64,000 nt of DNA. Source: Azolla caroliniana (lineage: Eukaryota; Plantae; Polypodiophyta). Shown in pieces: positions 26,162 to 38,600 of the stretch; the stretch's first letter is position 1, and every line of letters starts with the position of its first letter. The DNA lies in NCBI GenBank assembly GCA_043228905.1, contig JBHGNT010000002.1:19034001-19098000 (forward strand), in the 5' to 3' direction. The notes beneath the pieces were generated by a model. The model was not told the origin of the DNA and did not search any database. It was given only the letters and a program-made list of their open reading frames with translations. Both the position numbers and the translations under genes were made by a program.

Positions 26162-26707
26162 TAACAATCGGCAATGGTTCGGTTCGGTTCGGTTTGGTTT
26201 GAGAGGGTCCAAACCGAACCGGTTTGGAACTGAACCATTTTAACCGAACCGCGAAACCTTTAAACCGAACCGTTAAACAATTTTCAAACTGTTAAACCAT
26301 TAAACCGTAAAAACCACGGTTTCGGTTTTCAACATAGGTCAAATTTATTTTATTTTATTTTTAAATTTATAATATTTCATTATTTAGAATTTTTAAAATT
26401 TTTAAGATGTTCCTAAAATGTGAGAATAAGAGTAAAAATGAAAAGATTGTTTAAAAACAATTTTTAAAATTTTTTAGAATTTTTTTCAAAATTTTTAAAT
26501 TTTTTTTTAAAAATTAAAAAAATTAAAAAATAAAAACCGTTAAACCGTTTAAACCACGGTTTTTGACTGCTGAAACCAAACCGAAACCGAACCGAACCGT
26601 TTAAAAAAAAAAAACCTAAACCTGAACCGAACTGTGGAAACCGTTAAGCCGTTAAGCCGCGGTTTCGCAGTTCGGTTCGGTTCAAACCGAACCGTTGCCG
26701 ATTGTTA
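26162..26707. mobile_element. hAT-type MITE, copy 2, inverted relative to 16381-16874
   Basis: 8-bp TSD ATCTTTGC (26154-26161 and 26708-26715); TIR TAACAATCGGCAA...TTGCCGATTGTTA; core is the reverse complement of copy 1. Confidence 0.92.
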
Positions 26708-27328
26708 ATCTTTGCATAAGCAAAACATTAGAGGAAGAAAATACATGGAAACATTGACAAAACACTTTAAAAAGCAATCTTGCAACAGATTTGTTACATT
26801 GTTCATTGCAACTAATTCAAGATATCATGTATATATACACAAAGTCTCAAAAAAAGAGAACCCTTTTTCCACACACACAATCGACCTCGACCCTTAACTC
26901 TAAAACTACCTAGGGCCCCTCATATATTTGTGGAGATCACACTTAACTAATCTTGAAAATAATGATATGGCAGTTAAGACCTATGTACATCTCGCTACTC
27001 GGTGATTGTTCTTAAGGAAAAATGCCATTACTAATATCTCCAACAAAATAAATACATGAATGATACTAGTGCTACCTACTACTATTGTTATTGCTACTCT
27101 AGAGATGTGGCAAGATTCGCACGCTGCCAAAACCCATAGCTTGCAGGAGTCCACCACTGCCAAATGGGGAAACATATTGTTATTATTGTGTGCCATATTG
27201 AGGGCATCAAGTCAACATATTCATACTCTTCAATGATGTTCTAAACAATATTGTTGACACAATCTACATTTTTTATGCTATGGACAAGGATTTAGGGTTT
27301 AATTAGTCACTTACTTATTGATACCACT

Positions 27329-29925
27329 TGATTCATCAATCGAGTCTAGACTCTGGATTCTAAACTTTGAAGCACCACAAGCAACAAGGAATAGAGTATG
27401 AAGCCCCACAAGCAATCGTTGAGTTTCAAGTCAACACATAGGCAATCAATGAGAGAGGAATGAGCAGAAGAGCGAAATGTCAAGAGTTGAGACACAAGAA
27501 ATAGGTGAGTGTTATAGAAGAGGGGAAAGAGGAGGGAAAGTGTTAAGGAAAGAAGAATCGGAGTCACAAGGATGCGATCGACAAGCCTAAAAATGCTACA
27601 AAGACATGATTGACAAGCAAGACACGATTGACAAGCTAAGGGGCAAGTATCATTAACTGGTGTTGTTCACCTTGAATTCATTCAAGGTTGTTAATAATTA
27701 GGTAACTAACTAGGGTTAATTAGTGACTAATTATGTGAGTAGTTAAGCAACGGAAGGTTATGTGATATGTGTGTGTATGTGTGTGAGAGGAAGAGAGAGA
27801 GGAAGATACACTTATGAACAATAATGTAAATGGGGGATGATTAACAAGAGTGTATATTAAAAAACATCATCAAATACAAAAATACCCACAATGAGGTATA
27901 TATACATCTCATGTGCAAAGGTGCACATGTGTGAGTAGAATATTGGTACAAATGTAAAAGTCCTATATTAAATGAACATGGGAGTGGAGGATCTACAATG
28001 TATCCCACTCAAGTACAAAATCCTATTTAAGGCTTTAAGGTCAACACACTAACTAGATTCTATCTAGGTAACTACTAAGTTATGTGTGTTGACTAACTAA
28101 CTAAATCTAGTTGAGCTTGATATTTCAACACGCCCTCTCAAGCTCAAGTGTGAGGCGTCCGACGTCCGCTTTGGCTTTCGTCGGCTTCTTCGGCCTTTCC
28201 GAGGAAATTTTGGTAGTTTTGGTTCCTCCCCCTCAAGCTTGTGATGAAGGCTTGGGTCAACTGCTTTCACCCATCGTGGGTCACGAGCCACTTCTGTAGA
28301 GCGCTTGGGCTCTTGTTCGGCCGCTACCTTCATCGCGAAGGCATAATGATGGGCCATGTATTCGTTGTATCCAAGTCGAGTGACAGGGGTCTTCTCTCTA
28401 GATGAGCATCAAAGTTTTTCGCTTGCCGATGTGAGCGCCTTCTCCACACCTTCTCTACTCCAGGTGTCCACATGATGGGTACACCAAACTCATTGTTTAG
28501 TGAGCGAGCCAACACATCCAAATCACTGTTGTCGGGGTGATCGACTTTGTATTCGGGCATCTTACCTTTGCCTTTGTCCAAGTTCGGACTTGGCCACAAC
28601 GTGCTTTGGTTGTTTGAAGGTTCATGTGGGCCACCTGGCTCAGTAGAGCTTGGATTGTCCTTTGGTAAAAGACTTGGCCGAATATCGTCCTCCGAGTTGA
28701 CGTTCAACTCTTCCTCGGTCAGGTCGGGTGTAGCCGAATCGGGCTTGTACCAAGATGCCGATTTGTTGAAAACGCTTCTGTTGTTGTTCATTTGGGATGT
28801 GTACATTCGCAATGATTCCGAACACTTTGAGGTGCCACAACATCGATTTCCTTCCAACTAGGAGCTCGTATGGAGTTAGCTCATGCACTCCATTAGTGAT
28901 GTGCATCAATTCATGAGATAGATGGCAGTGAATGCCGCTTCGGCCCAATAGAAGTTTGGCATATGCTTCTCATGCATCATGGCACGTGCTACCTCAAGTA
29001 TGTGCTGATTCTTCCTTTCGGCTACTCCATTTTGTTGGGGTGTGTGTCGGCACGAAAATTCTATCCTGATGCCTTCACCTTGGAGGTAGGAGATGAATTC
29101 GTCAGAGAAGTACTCCTTGCCTCCATCCGATCATAGGCATCGAATGTGCCGACCAGTTTCTTTTTCGACTTGGCCCTTGAGCTTTTGGAAGTGGGAGAGC
29201 ACTTCGCTCTTCTTCTTCATCGGAAAGATCCACATGCAGCGGTAATAGTCATTGTTGAAGGTGACATAGTATCGGCATCCGCCGATCATCGACGTTTGAG
29301 CCGGTCCCCATACTTCCAAATGTATGACGTCGAGGAGGCCTTTGCTTACGTAGGTCTCCTTCGGAAATGGGAGTCTGTTTTGTTTGCCGAGTTGACATGC
29401 TTCACACACTCGATCGACTCGTTTCTACTCGAATGTCGTAAGTCTGATGACAATTCTCTTTGAATGCATTGCTCGGAGCCGTTGAAGGTTTATGTGGCTG
29501 ATTCTCTTGTGCCACAACTCGATGCTTGTCTTGAGTTTGAGACCTTTGGCATACATGGACAATTTCACCTTGTTCGAATCGAGAATGAACATTCGGCCAC
29601 CTCTCTGTCCCTTAGCTATGAGTCGACCATCTTTCTCGATGAAGCATCCTTCGTTGTTGAAACGAACTTGCATGCCTTGTTCCACGATTTGGCCGAACGA
29701 GACCAAATTCTTTGTTATTGTGGGCACGTGCAAGACATTCTTGATGCAAGTTTGCTCGCCTTCTTTCTCGAATGGGAAATTGCTGATGTGTCGAATGAGA
29801 TATGTGGTGTCGTCTCCCGTCTCTATGAAGTTGGGTTGATCCGGAGTTCTTAGGTCACGAAACCACTCTTAGCATGATGTCATATGATGTGAGGCACCGG
29901 AGTCAACGAACCACACATCTTCTGA
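27329..29925 (-). mobile_element. Internally deleted Copia remnant (LTR ending at 28130, PPT, integrase and protease fragments)
   Basis: WFVDSGASHHM, VPTITKNLVS, CEACQLGKQNRLPF; RT missing between about 28240 and the PPT; left LTR border uncertain. Confidence 0.75.
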
Positions 29926-30337
29926 GTTAAACACGACATCGATTACGGTGAGACCTTCGTGCCGGTCGCGAAGATGACGTCTGTCTATGTATTGCTAGCG
30001 GTAGCAGCAGCAAAGGGGTGACACTTACATCAAATGGATGTAAAGAATGCGTTCCTACAAGGAGATCTTGAGGAACAAATGTACGTGGTACAACCCCTCG
30101 GATTTCTATCTGAATAGAACACCTTGGTAGTATGGACTCAAGCAAGCCCCGCGTGCCTAGAACACGAAGATCACGCAAATGATGCGTGGATGGGTGGGCC
30201 ATTTGCTCCATCAAAATCAGACTCCTTATTATTCATTTGGCCGAGTCGGAACGGATCAATTAACATTCTGCTATATGTCAATGATTTAGTCACCGTCGGT
30301 GCTGACCTCAGAGAAATCGGTCGAGTAAAGTGTTATC
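29926..30337 (+). pseudogene. pol: Copia RT fragment; resumes at 42209-42468 after an 11.9-kb insertion
   Basis: [40 protein letters not shown]; continues as SHLATSFKMKDLGDL after 42208. Confidence 0.85.
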
Positions 30338-30598
30338 TAAAGTGTTATCGCTAGGGCCGGACAATGGCCAAACACAGGGTGTCCCTTTGAGACACTTCAC
30401 CAAAGGGGTGTTGCGGTGAGATAAACTTAGACCGAACTATTAATGAAAGCCTAATTGGTTACTAATCGGCAAGATCATTGGTCACAATACACGCGTAAGA
30501 TAGATTTCACTTAGCACAGAACAGTAATTAACTTGATTAAGATACAAAACAACAACACTCTTATTAATTATCTGCTAATTCATTACAACCAGACTGGT

Positions 30599-31033
30599 TG
30601 TTACCGGCCGGCAAAGGAGTCCAGAGTGTGAAACGAAGGAGTTATTTAATTATTAAGGAATGGTTGTAAGTGAGCTATTAGTGTGGACAGACGGACCGGA
30701 ATCGGTATGCCGTTCCGGATCCGGACCGATCCCGAACAGGTGCGGATGGCACCATTTTGTACTACAAACCGGAAACCTATTTAAAGGCCCAGATACAATG
30801 TAATGTGGAGCGGATAATTAATGAAGCTTAGTGTTTTTATCTCTCTGTGTTAATTTCCGTTCTGCATTCATTGTTATATCTTACGCGTGTGATTATTAAG
30901 GACGATCTTGCTAAGTAACCTAATTAAGTCGGATTAATCGTTGAGCCTAATCCTCTTGCCGTAACACCCCTTTGGTGAAGTGTCTTCCATAGACACCCTG
31001 TGTTAGGCCATTGTCCGGCCCTAAGAGTTAACA
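30599..31033 (+). mobile_element. Solo LTR (435 bp) inserted in the left LTR of the 30343-42203 element
   Basis: TG...CA ends; TSD CTGGT (30594-30598 and 31034-31038); absent from the right LTR; same family as 39476-39911. Confidence 0.92.
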
Positions 31034-31299
31034 CTGGTTCCTTTTATAGGCCCACCGGCTCTAGGTACAAACCGGTGCCAACCGGCAACTGGCTACGAAC
31101 CGGTCCGGATCCGGATCAGCATATTGATTCCAGGTCTGTTCGTTTGGTTCTCAAAATCATAACAATTCTATATCATAGATAATCAACTCTTGGTTATTAA
31201 TTATCCCCCTTTTCCCATTCTAGACTTCCCTTGCCGGTCGGTTAACACATGGCACGCCCGTGGGACAGTACCTTGTACGTTGAATCCCACGATCCGGCC

Positions 31300-34200
31300 T
31301 TCATTCTTCCTCCAAAATGTCCAGAATGCTTTGATCTAAGTGTTCCAATGGTTCCTCGGGAAGTTATTTAGTCGTCTGTTGTTACTGTTGTTCCTTCTCC
31401 CGTTGTTGCCTCAACTTCTACTGTTCCTGCGGCTGTGGCTGCTCTTGTTTTGCTTCGGCCCCAGCTGTGGCTGCCTCTGCCTGACTTCCGTTTCCTGCGG
31501 CTCTATTGGTCTTACCGGTTCTTCTTCCTTTTCTGGTTGTACTGTTCTTGGCGTCTCCTGGTGCTGCTGTCCGGCGTGCATCGCTTCTTGCGGATGACAT
31601 TCCTTTAGCGGCTCCTCCTCCTGCTAGTTTTTGGTGTGCCGGTTTCCATCCTTCGGCTGCTCCTCCGGAATTATGTTCGGTTGCTCCTCCGGAGTTACAT
31701 ATGGCTAGCTTTCCCCCGTTCTAGCTTCCTTCGGCGCCGGCTCTGAAGACTGCTCTTCATCACTGATGTTGATTGCCCCAATTCTTCGGACCACTTCGTG
31801 CCGTCGCCGTTCTCGTTCATACCGCTCGAACTGGAGTTGTGTATCCAGCTGGTCATCGTCCAGCTGCTCTACCAAGCACCTCACCGCCGCCAATTGGTCC
31901 CCGGGTAATGATAGGAAGTCTTCTGACAATTCCTCCCTTATGGCAACAATGTTTTCCTTGTCCAATTTATAGAAATCGTCGTCGTCCTTCCGCCGGTTCT
32001 CCGCATCTGATCGCAACAATTGTAACTCCACCGCGTGCTTAGCCCATTGAGACCATCATTGAACCGAACTTTCTTCTACCAGTCTTTTCATCCAGTCTCT
32101 CCATGCTAGTACAATGTCCCGGAAACACCCTAGCCCCATCTTCGACTTATTTTCCGCGACTTGTTTTTCGTCCTTCAATTGTTTGATCAGGCTCGTGGTT
32201 GCCACTTCTTGGCTTCTGTAGTGCATGAGCTGGGTCTGATAGGTTGTCTGAACTTTGTTTAGAACCATTGTAGCGTGCTCCGTTGCCTCTGAGTGTTGCT
32301 GGGTCAGCTCTACCCGTTCTTTCGCCGCTTCCGCCAGTTGCTTCACTGCTTCAGCCCCCTTCGACTGTTCTTCTAGCAAGGCTGCCACGGTCCGGTTAAC
32401 CTCATCCTGGAGTTCCTGTAACTTCTTCTGCTTTTGGTCACTTTCAGTGATCAATTTCATGTGTTCCGCATCCAAGTGTTTGTGATCCCGGTGCAGCCGA
32501 TCAAAGTCCTCCGTTTTTTGTTTCAGTAGTTGGTTGATCAGACGGCGGGCACGGTCTTCCCGGTCCTTTTGTTGCCGGAGTTCTTCCTTGAGTCGCTCGA
32601 TCTCTACTTCCGCCGAGTGCCGGAGTTTGTCCTTTTCTTGTAGGAGTCTTTCTTTTTCTTCCTTCAGTCGGTCATATGCTTGATGACCTTTTCTCAAGCT
32701 TTCCTCTGCTCGGTGGAGGTTGTCGGCCGTCTTCCTTTGTTCCTCCTCCGCCGCTTTTTTCAATTCTCGCTCGCTGGCTCGTAAGGCTTCTTGTGCTACC
32801 AGGTCTTCCCGTAATGTGACAAGCTCTTGTGCTGACATTTTATTAGTATCCGGGCCTACTGCAGTCACCAGGGTCTTATTGTTCTGTAAAGTTACCGGAG
32901 CCACCAGTTCCAATTGTTGTGGTTCTTCTATCACCAACTTGGCCATTTTTGTTCTAGCCTTCTCTATGTCTTGTTCCATGCTTTGGATTCTTGACCGGGC
33001 CGTCTCTAATTCCTCGGTTATGGCTAACAACCGGTCTGCATGCGCTCTCTCTTCCGCTTCTAACTGGTAGATGTCCCCGACCACTTGTTATGCTATCCAT
33101 TGTAGCCATTGACTGCCGGTGCCTTATTGTTGTGCCAATTTTGGTTGTGGGATGGCTTCTTCAGTGGCCATGAGCCTATTAAGGATGGTTACGTCAAGTG
33201 GCCGCTTTGGTTCTGGCTGTTGCTGCTGCGACGGCGACACCGGCAATTCAATGACCGGTTCTTGATCCACCGGTACTATTGTGTCCTGGACCGTTGATTC
33301 TGCTATGTCCCGCCGTGCCAATTGCTCTATCACCGATTCTTGTTGAACCAGTTCTGACGCCTCCCTTGGTTGCGGCTCCTTAGGGAGGGGTTCCAATATA
33401 ATGTCCTCCATCGGACTTGATTTCTCCCCTTTGTGGCCCTTGTCACTTGTTTTTCGACGATGCATCAGAGTTTCGGTAGGCTCGTCTTCCTGTTCTTCTT
33501 CCCCCAGAGTCTTGCTATTGATTAACGCCACCAAGGGGTCCTGCCCCTGCGGTTTGTCCGGTTGCTATTTTGCTTGTTGTTCCGTATGGCGCAACTTGAT
33601 TTTCATAGGTCTCACCGGGGTGTCCACCGATGCCTCCTTCTCTGCCAGCCGCTTCCGATTAGGCCGCTCCTTCGCCATTTGTGAAGTGTCAACCTCCTTC
33701 CAGCCTATCGCCTAGGAAGCCAGGAGTTGCTGCCGTTTTGGAGCTGTTTTGGGAGTCGATTCTATCGATCTTCCCTGCTTCCTCTGTTTCATGGGCTCCA
33801 CCGGCGGTGCTAACAAAGTGAGCCATTGCGCCATTGTTGTCCACATCTTTTTGCCATCTTTCAATGAGACGATGGCAGCGCTCAGGCCGTCGGCGATCAT
33901 TATCGGCTAATCCACAGGTACTCCCTCGTAGCTGGCTATGATCAAACTAGCTCTATTCTTGGGCATAGCCGGTGGTCGGGGGTATACATGACCATACTCG
34001 TGGAGTACTCGAGCAATTTCCTGAAACAAGAGGTCTTCACCGCCTTGCATGCGGTACGCCTTGCTTCCTAGGGAGTATTCTCCGAAATACCTCGTCAGCA
34101 GCTCCTGTGAAGGGTTGTCAATCGAGTATATTCCCCCTTCCGGTAAGCTGGTCAGGGCTTGGATGGCTTCTTCGGTGATGACCTCCGTGTTGTGGTTGCT

Positions 34201-34330
34201 ACGGTAATTTGAATGGGCGCTGCATTCGTTGTCCGAATCCGATTCGAGGGCCGAGAACGGTTCTGAATCGCCTTCCCCTGTCGCTAATGCTTGCAGAATG
34301 GATTCCGCGTTGTCGTGCCTTTCAGTGCCG
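31300..34330 (-). pseudogene. Disrupted long ORF: N-terminal globular part followed by an extended coiled coil (retroelement accessory ORF)
   Basis: Chained minus-strand ORFs 33712-33900, 33124-33534, 32056-33084 (342 aa, E/K/Q/L heptad-rich), 31705-32031, 31418-31600, separated by stops and frameshifts; borders approximate. Confidence 0.7.
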
Positions 34331-35622
34331 GATCGTTGCGTGAATCGGGTGGGAACCGCTACGGTTTTGGACTAGGAGGAGGAAGAATTTGAGACGAGTT
34401 TGGTTATGAATAGATTATATAAACAAGAGAAAGAAACTTGTGAATCCCACAAGTATAGTTGTTTTAGTTTATCTTAATCATAGTAATAAATTGAAATAGT
34501 TTAGAATGGATTAGAGTAGATTGAGAAAAGAGATCAAACCTTGTGAATCCCACAAGTATTAGATTAATCAATATTTATGTAAGAATATGAATTTAGATTG
34601 AAAGAGATAGATTATATAAAACTTCGTGAATCCCACGATTATATTTTATTATTCGTGTTTTAGGAAATATATCCAACTTCCAAGTAGTGATGAGAGAGTC
34701 TTAACAATCCTCCCCTCCCCCCCCCTATTACATTGTGCTCCTCATCCTTATATAGTAGTGATGAGAGAGTCTTAACAATCCATGTTTTTTCTATAAATAG
34801 ACTCTATACTTTCTCTAACATGCTTTTCCTAAAGTGATCCTACTTTTTCTAACTTGATGCGTTTTTATTGATTATGGTGTTCATGCACGCTACATGTGCA
34901 TGTGTAGCTTTTTCTTTTATCATGCGTTTTCTTCTAACTAAAGTTTATCCTAGTGTGAACTTACCTTTCTATGTGGGACGTTTACTTTTTTAACACTAAT
35001 GATATGTTAGTGTAATGGTAAGGCTTTACATTATAAACATGGAGGTACAGGGTTTGAATCTTACCCTATGCATGTAACAATCTTTTTATTTATTTACAAA
35101 TTTGTCTCTTCATCCGGTGAGAGACTCTCACCGGCCTTCTTCATCCGGGTCTTGTCGGGTCTACTTGTCATGATATGGCAAGACTCGAACCCATGACATA
35201 GAATATTATTTTCATTTATGTTTTATTATAGAAAATTGATATATATTCCAGATTTCTTTGGAACATTCTAGAAACTTCAGGAGTATTCCTTAGAACACTA
35301 TAAAAGGAGGCACGAGGCATTATTTCGAACCAAATCGGTTCAACGCGAGTCTTAAGCCTCCTAGCTACTACTGTACATTCTCTTCACATAATATATATAT
35401 TTTCTTATCAGCTCTCTCTCCCTCCCTCTCACTCACTCTTTCCTTCTCTCGAGAGTTCTTCACCTCTCTTAGTACTAATACTTCTTTTAGTACTAATTCC
35501 TTCTCTATCTTAGTATTGTTCCTGACAGTTTGAATCAATTTTTGGTCGATCTTCCTTTCCTCCTCTTCCTTTCCCCCTTTTCCTTTTATCTTCTTATTAA
35601 TCCTCTTATCCTCCCTAGTAAA

Positions 35623-38600
35623 ATGGAAACTGTTAGCGCTTAGGAATACCAATCTGTTTTCTCGGAGCTCCAGTGCTTAAAAGAGAAATTTGTAGCACTA
35701 GAACAAGAAAATCATCGCTTGTTGGGGGATCTTCAACAAATAGCGTTGGAAAAACAACAACACGGGGAGCTGACACTACGTGTACAACAACTCGAAGCGA
35801 CTATCATATCATTACAACAACAAGGATCAAGCACTCAAGGGATTCACAAAGAACCCAAGATCGGTCTTCCTACAAAATTTGATGGGACCCGATCACAGTT
35901 TAGAGGGTTTTTGAATTAGGTACGTTTAGTGATTCAAATGCATCCTTCTCGATATCCCATCGATGCATCACGAGTGGGACTAGTAGGCACTCTCCTTAGT
36001 GGCTCAACGTTAGCATGGTTTGCTCCATTGTTGGAAAAGGATTCTCCATTATTAAACAGTTTTGAAGAATTTATAAGTGAGTTTAAGGCCTGTTTTGGAG
36101 ATACTGACAGCATAAGGACTGCAATCAACAAAATCCGGCGATTACGCCAAGGTGATCGTCCAACTTCCGCATACGCTGCAGATTTCCGCCTGCTCGCTGC
36201 CGATATCCCTTGGGATGATCACGCATTGATGGAGCGATTCCGGTATGGCTTACGCAACGATGTCAAGGATTTACTCTTGACCTTCCCCGAAGAGCCAAAG
36301 TCATTAACAGAAGCAATTAGTCGTGTGGTGAGATGCGACAACCGCCTCTTCGAACGACGTTCGGAACGACAATTCCAGATTCCGAGGGCAAGATCAGAGC
36401 CTACCTATGCCTCAGTGGTGGCGAAACCTTTTCCGAGGGAGTCATATAATGCGCCTCCAGCAAGTACTCCAACTCCGATGGAAATTGACACCACACGTCG
36501 TCGTGGACCGCTATCGGAAGAAGAAAAGCAACGACGCCGAGCAAACCGACTATGTCTTTATTGCGGTGGACCATGGCATATCGCGGTAAACTGTCCCCAT
36601 AGGCCAAGAAGGCAGGTAAACCAAATAGTTGCTAGTTCTGATTGTACTAAACCCGAGTCTATTTCAGTAGGGATATCTTATAGTCCTAATAGTACTAATT
36701 GCCCAAATCTAGCGAACAAATTTGATGTCCTTAGTCAGTTAAAGAAGAGTTAAACGACTAAGTCTAGCCAAAATAGGAGCTGTTTGGGTTGGACAACCCT
36801 AGATCTGTGCAACCCATTAGTGGTTCCATTCCCTCTAAGCAAGTTAGCAATGTGTTCGTAGCCCAAGTAACAGTTAGTACTAAAAGTACTCCTCCAGTAC
36901 ATGTCTTACCACTTCTAGATTCCGGAGCTAATTCTTGCTTCATGGATAGGAAATTTGCCCAAGCTCATCAGATATCTCTCAGAAAACTCTCGTGTCTTGC
37001 TCTTGTAATAGTCGTCGATGGTCGTCCCATTGCTTCAGGAAATATCATAGAAGAGTCAGAGCCCGTTAATATTGTCCTAGATAATCTAGCATGTGTCATA
37101 TCATTTAATATAATTAGCATCCCAGAACACCCCATTGTCTTAGGATTACCATGGTTCGAATTACATAACCCAGACATAGATTGGCAGACAAGAGAAATCC
37201 GGCATCGAAAAGCCCGAGGGTCTACTCATGAGATTGCAACGATTTCACTACATCAGTTGCGTGAGGAAGGATACAAGGAAGAAATGTTCCTCTTTGCTAT
37301 ATTAGTAAACCCCTCCAACACCACTAAAGAGGATTCCACCGTTCAACTTCTAGAGAAGTATCATCAGTATGCCGATGTGTTTGATAAAGTACAAGCCTGT
37401 ACGCTTCCTCACCATTGACCATATGATTGCCCCATCGATTTACAACCGAGGAAAGAGCCACCTTGGGGACCGATCTACAATTTGTCACCAACCGATCTAC
37501 AATTTGTCCTTCGAGCCTATATAGAGGAGAATTTGGAGAATGGTTTCATACGACATTCGAAATCTCCAGCCGGCGCACCCATTTTCTTCGTCAAGAAAAA
37601 GGATGGCTCACTTTGGCTCGTTGTAGATTACCGTGGCTTGAATAAGGTTACAATCCGAAATAGGTATGCACTCCCCCTTATCTCAAGTCTTTTAGAATGG
37701 ATCAATGGTGCCAGGTTCTTCACGAAGATCGACTTACGGGGAGCCTATAACCTCGTACAGATCCGACCAGGAGATGAATGGAGAGACCGCGTTCCGCACC
37801 AGATATGGGCACTTTGAGTATACGGTCATGCCGTTCAGCCTCACTAATGCACCAATAGTCTTCCAACACATGGCAAATGATATTTTCCGAGATCTCTTGG
37901 ATGTGTGTCTAATCATCTATTTGGATGATCTACTGGTTTACTCGAAGACCCAAGAAGAGCATGATTCTCATGTACTGTTAGTACTAAAACGACTTCGAGA
38001 ACATGGTCTCTATGCAAAGCTGGAAAAATGTAGTTTCGGGTGCAACCAGGTGGAGTTTCTCGGCTATGTCATTTCCTTAGAAGACATCTCCATGGACCCA
38101 GCTAAGGTCAAAACAGTGGTAGAATGGCAGTCTCCGCGTTCGGTGCGGGATGTGCAATGCTTTCTGGGCTTTGCCAATTTTTACCGGAAGTTTATAAAGG
38201 ATTACTCAAAGCTCGTTTTGCCTCTTACACAACTTACTAGGAAGGGACAATCGTTCGTTTGGTTTGAAGAAGCGGACATGGCTTTTGAGAATCTTAAACA
38301 GGCATTTACATCGGCTCCGATTCTAGCTCACGTTGATCCAGAAAAACCATTCATCATCGAAGTGGACGCATCAGATTTTGCATTGGGAAGCATTTTATCA
38401 CAACGAGGTAATGATGAAAAGCTACATCCTGTGGCTTTTCACTCACGCAAGTTTGACGCCGCCGAAATCAACTACGAAATTCATGATAAAGAGCTATTGG
38501 CTATAGTGGACTCTTTTATGCAATGGAGGCATTTTCTAGAGGGATCTTCTCATCAAGTCACTGTATTCAGTGACCATAAAAACCTTGCCTATTTTCAAGA

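Noticed and set aside
16381-26707. A single composite transposon carrying GIL1
   Set aside because: Each MITE has its own distinct 8-bp TSD; the outer flanks share no duplication.
35001-35087. Functional tRNA gene
   Set aside because: Acceptor and anticodon stems do not pair convincingly and the B box is degenerate; kept only as tRNA-like.
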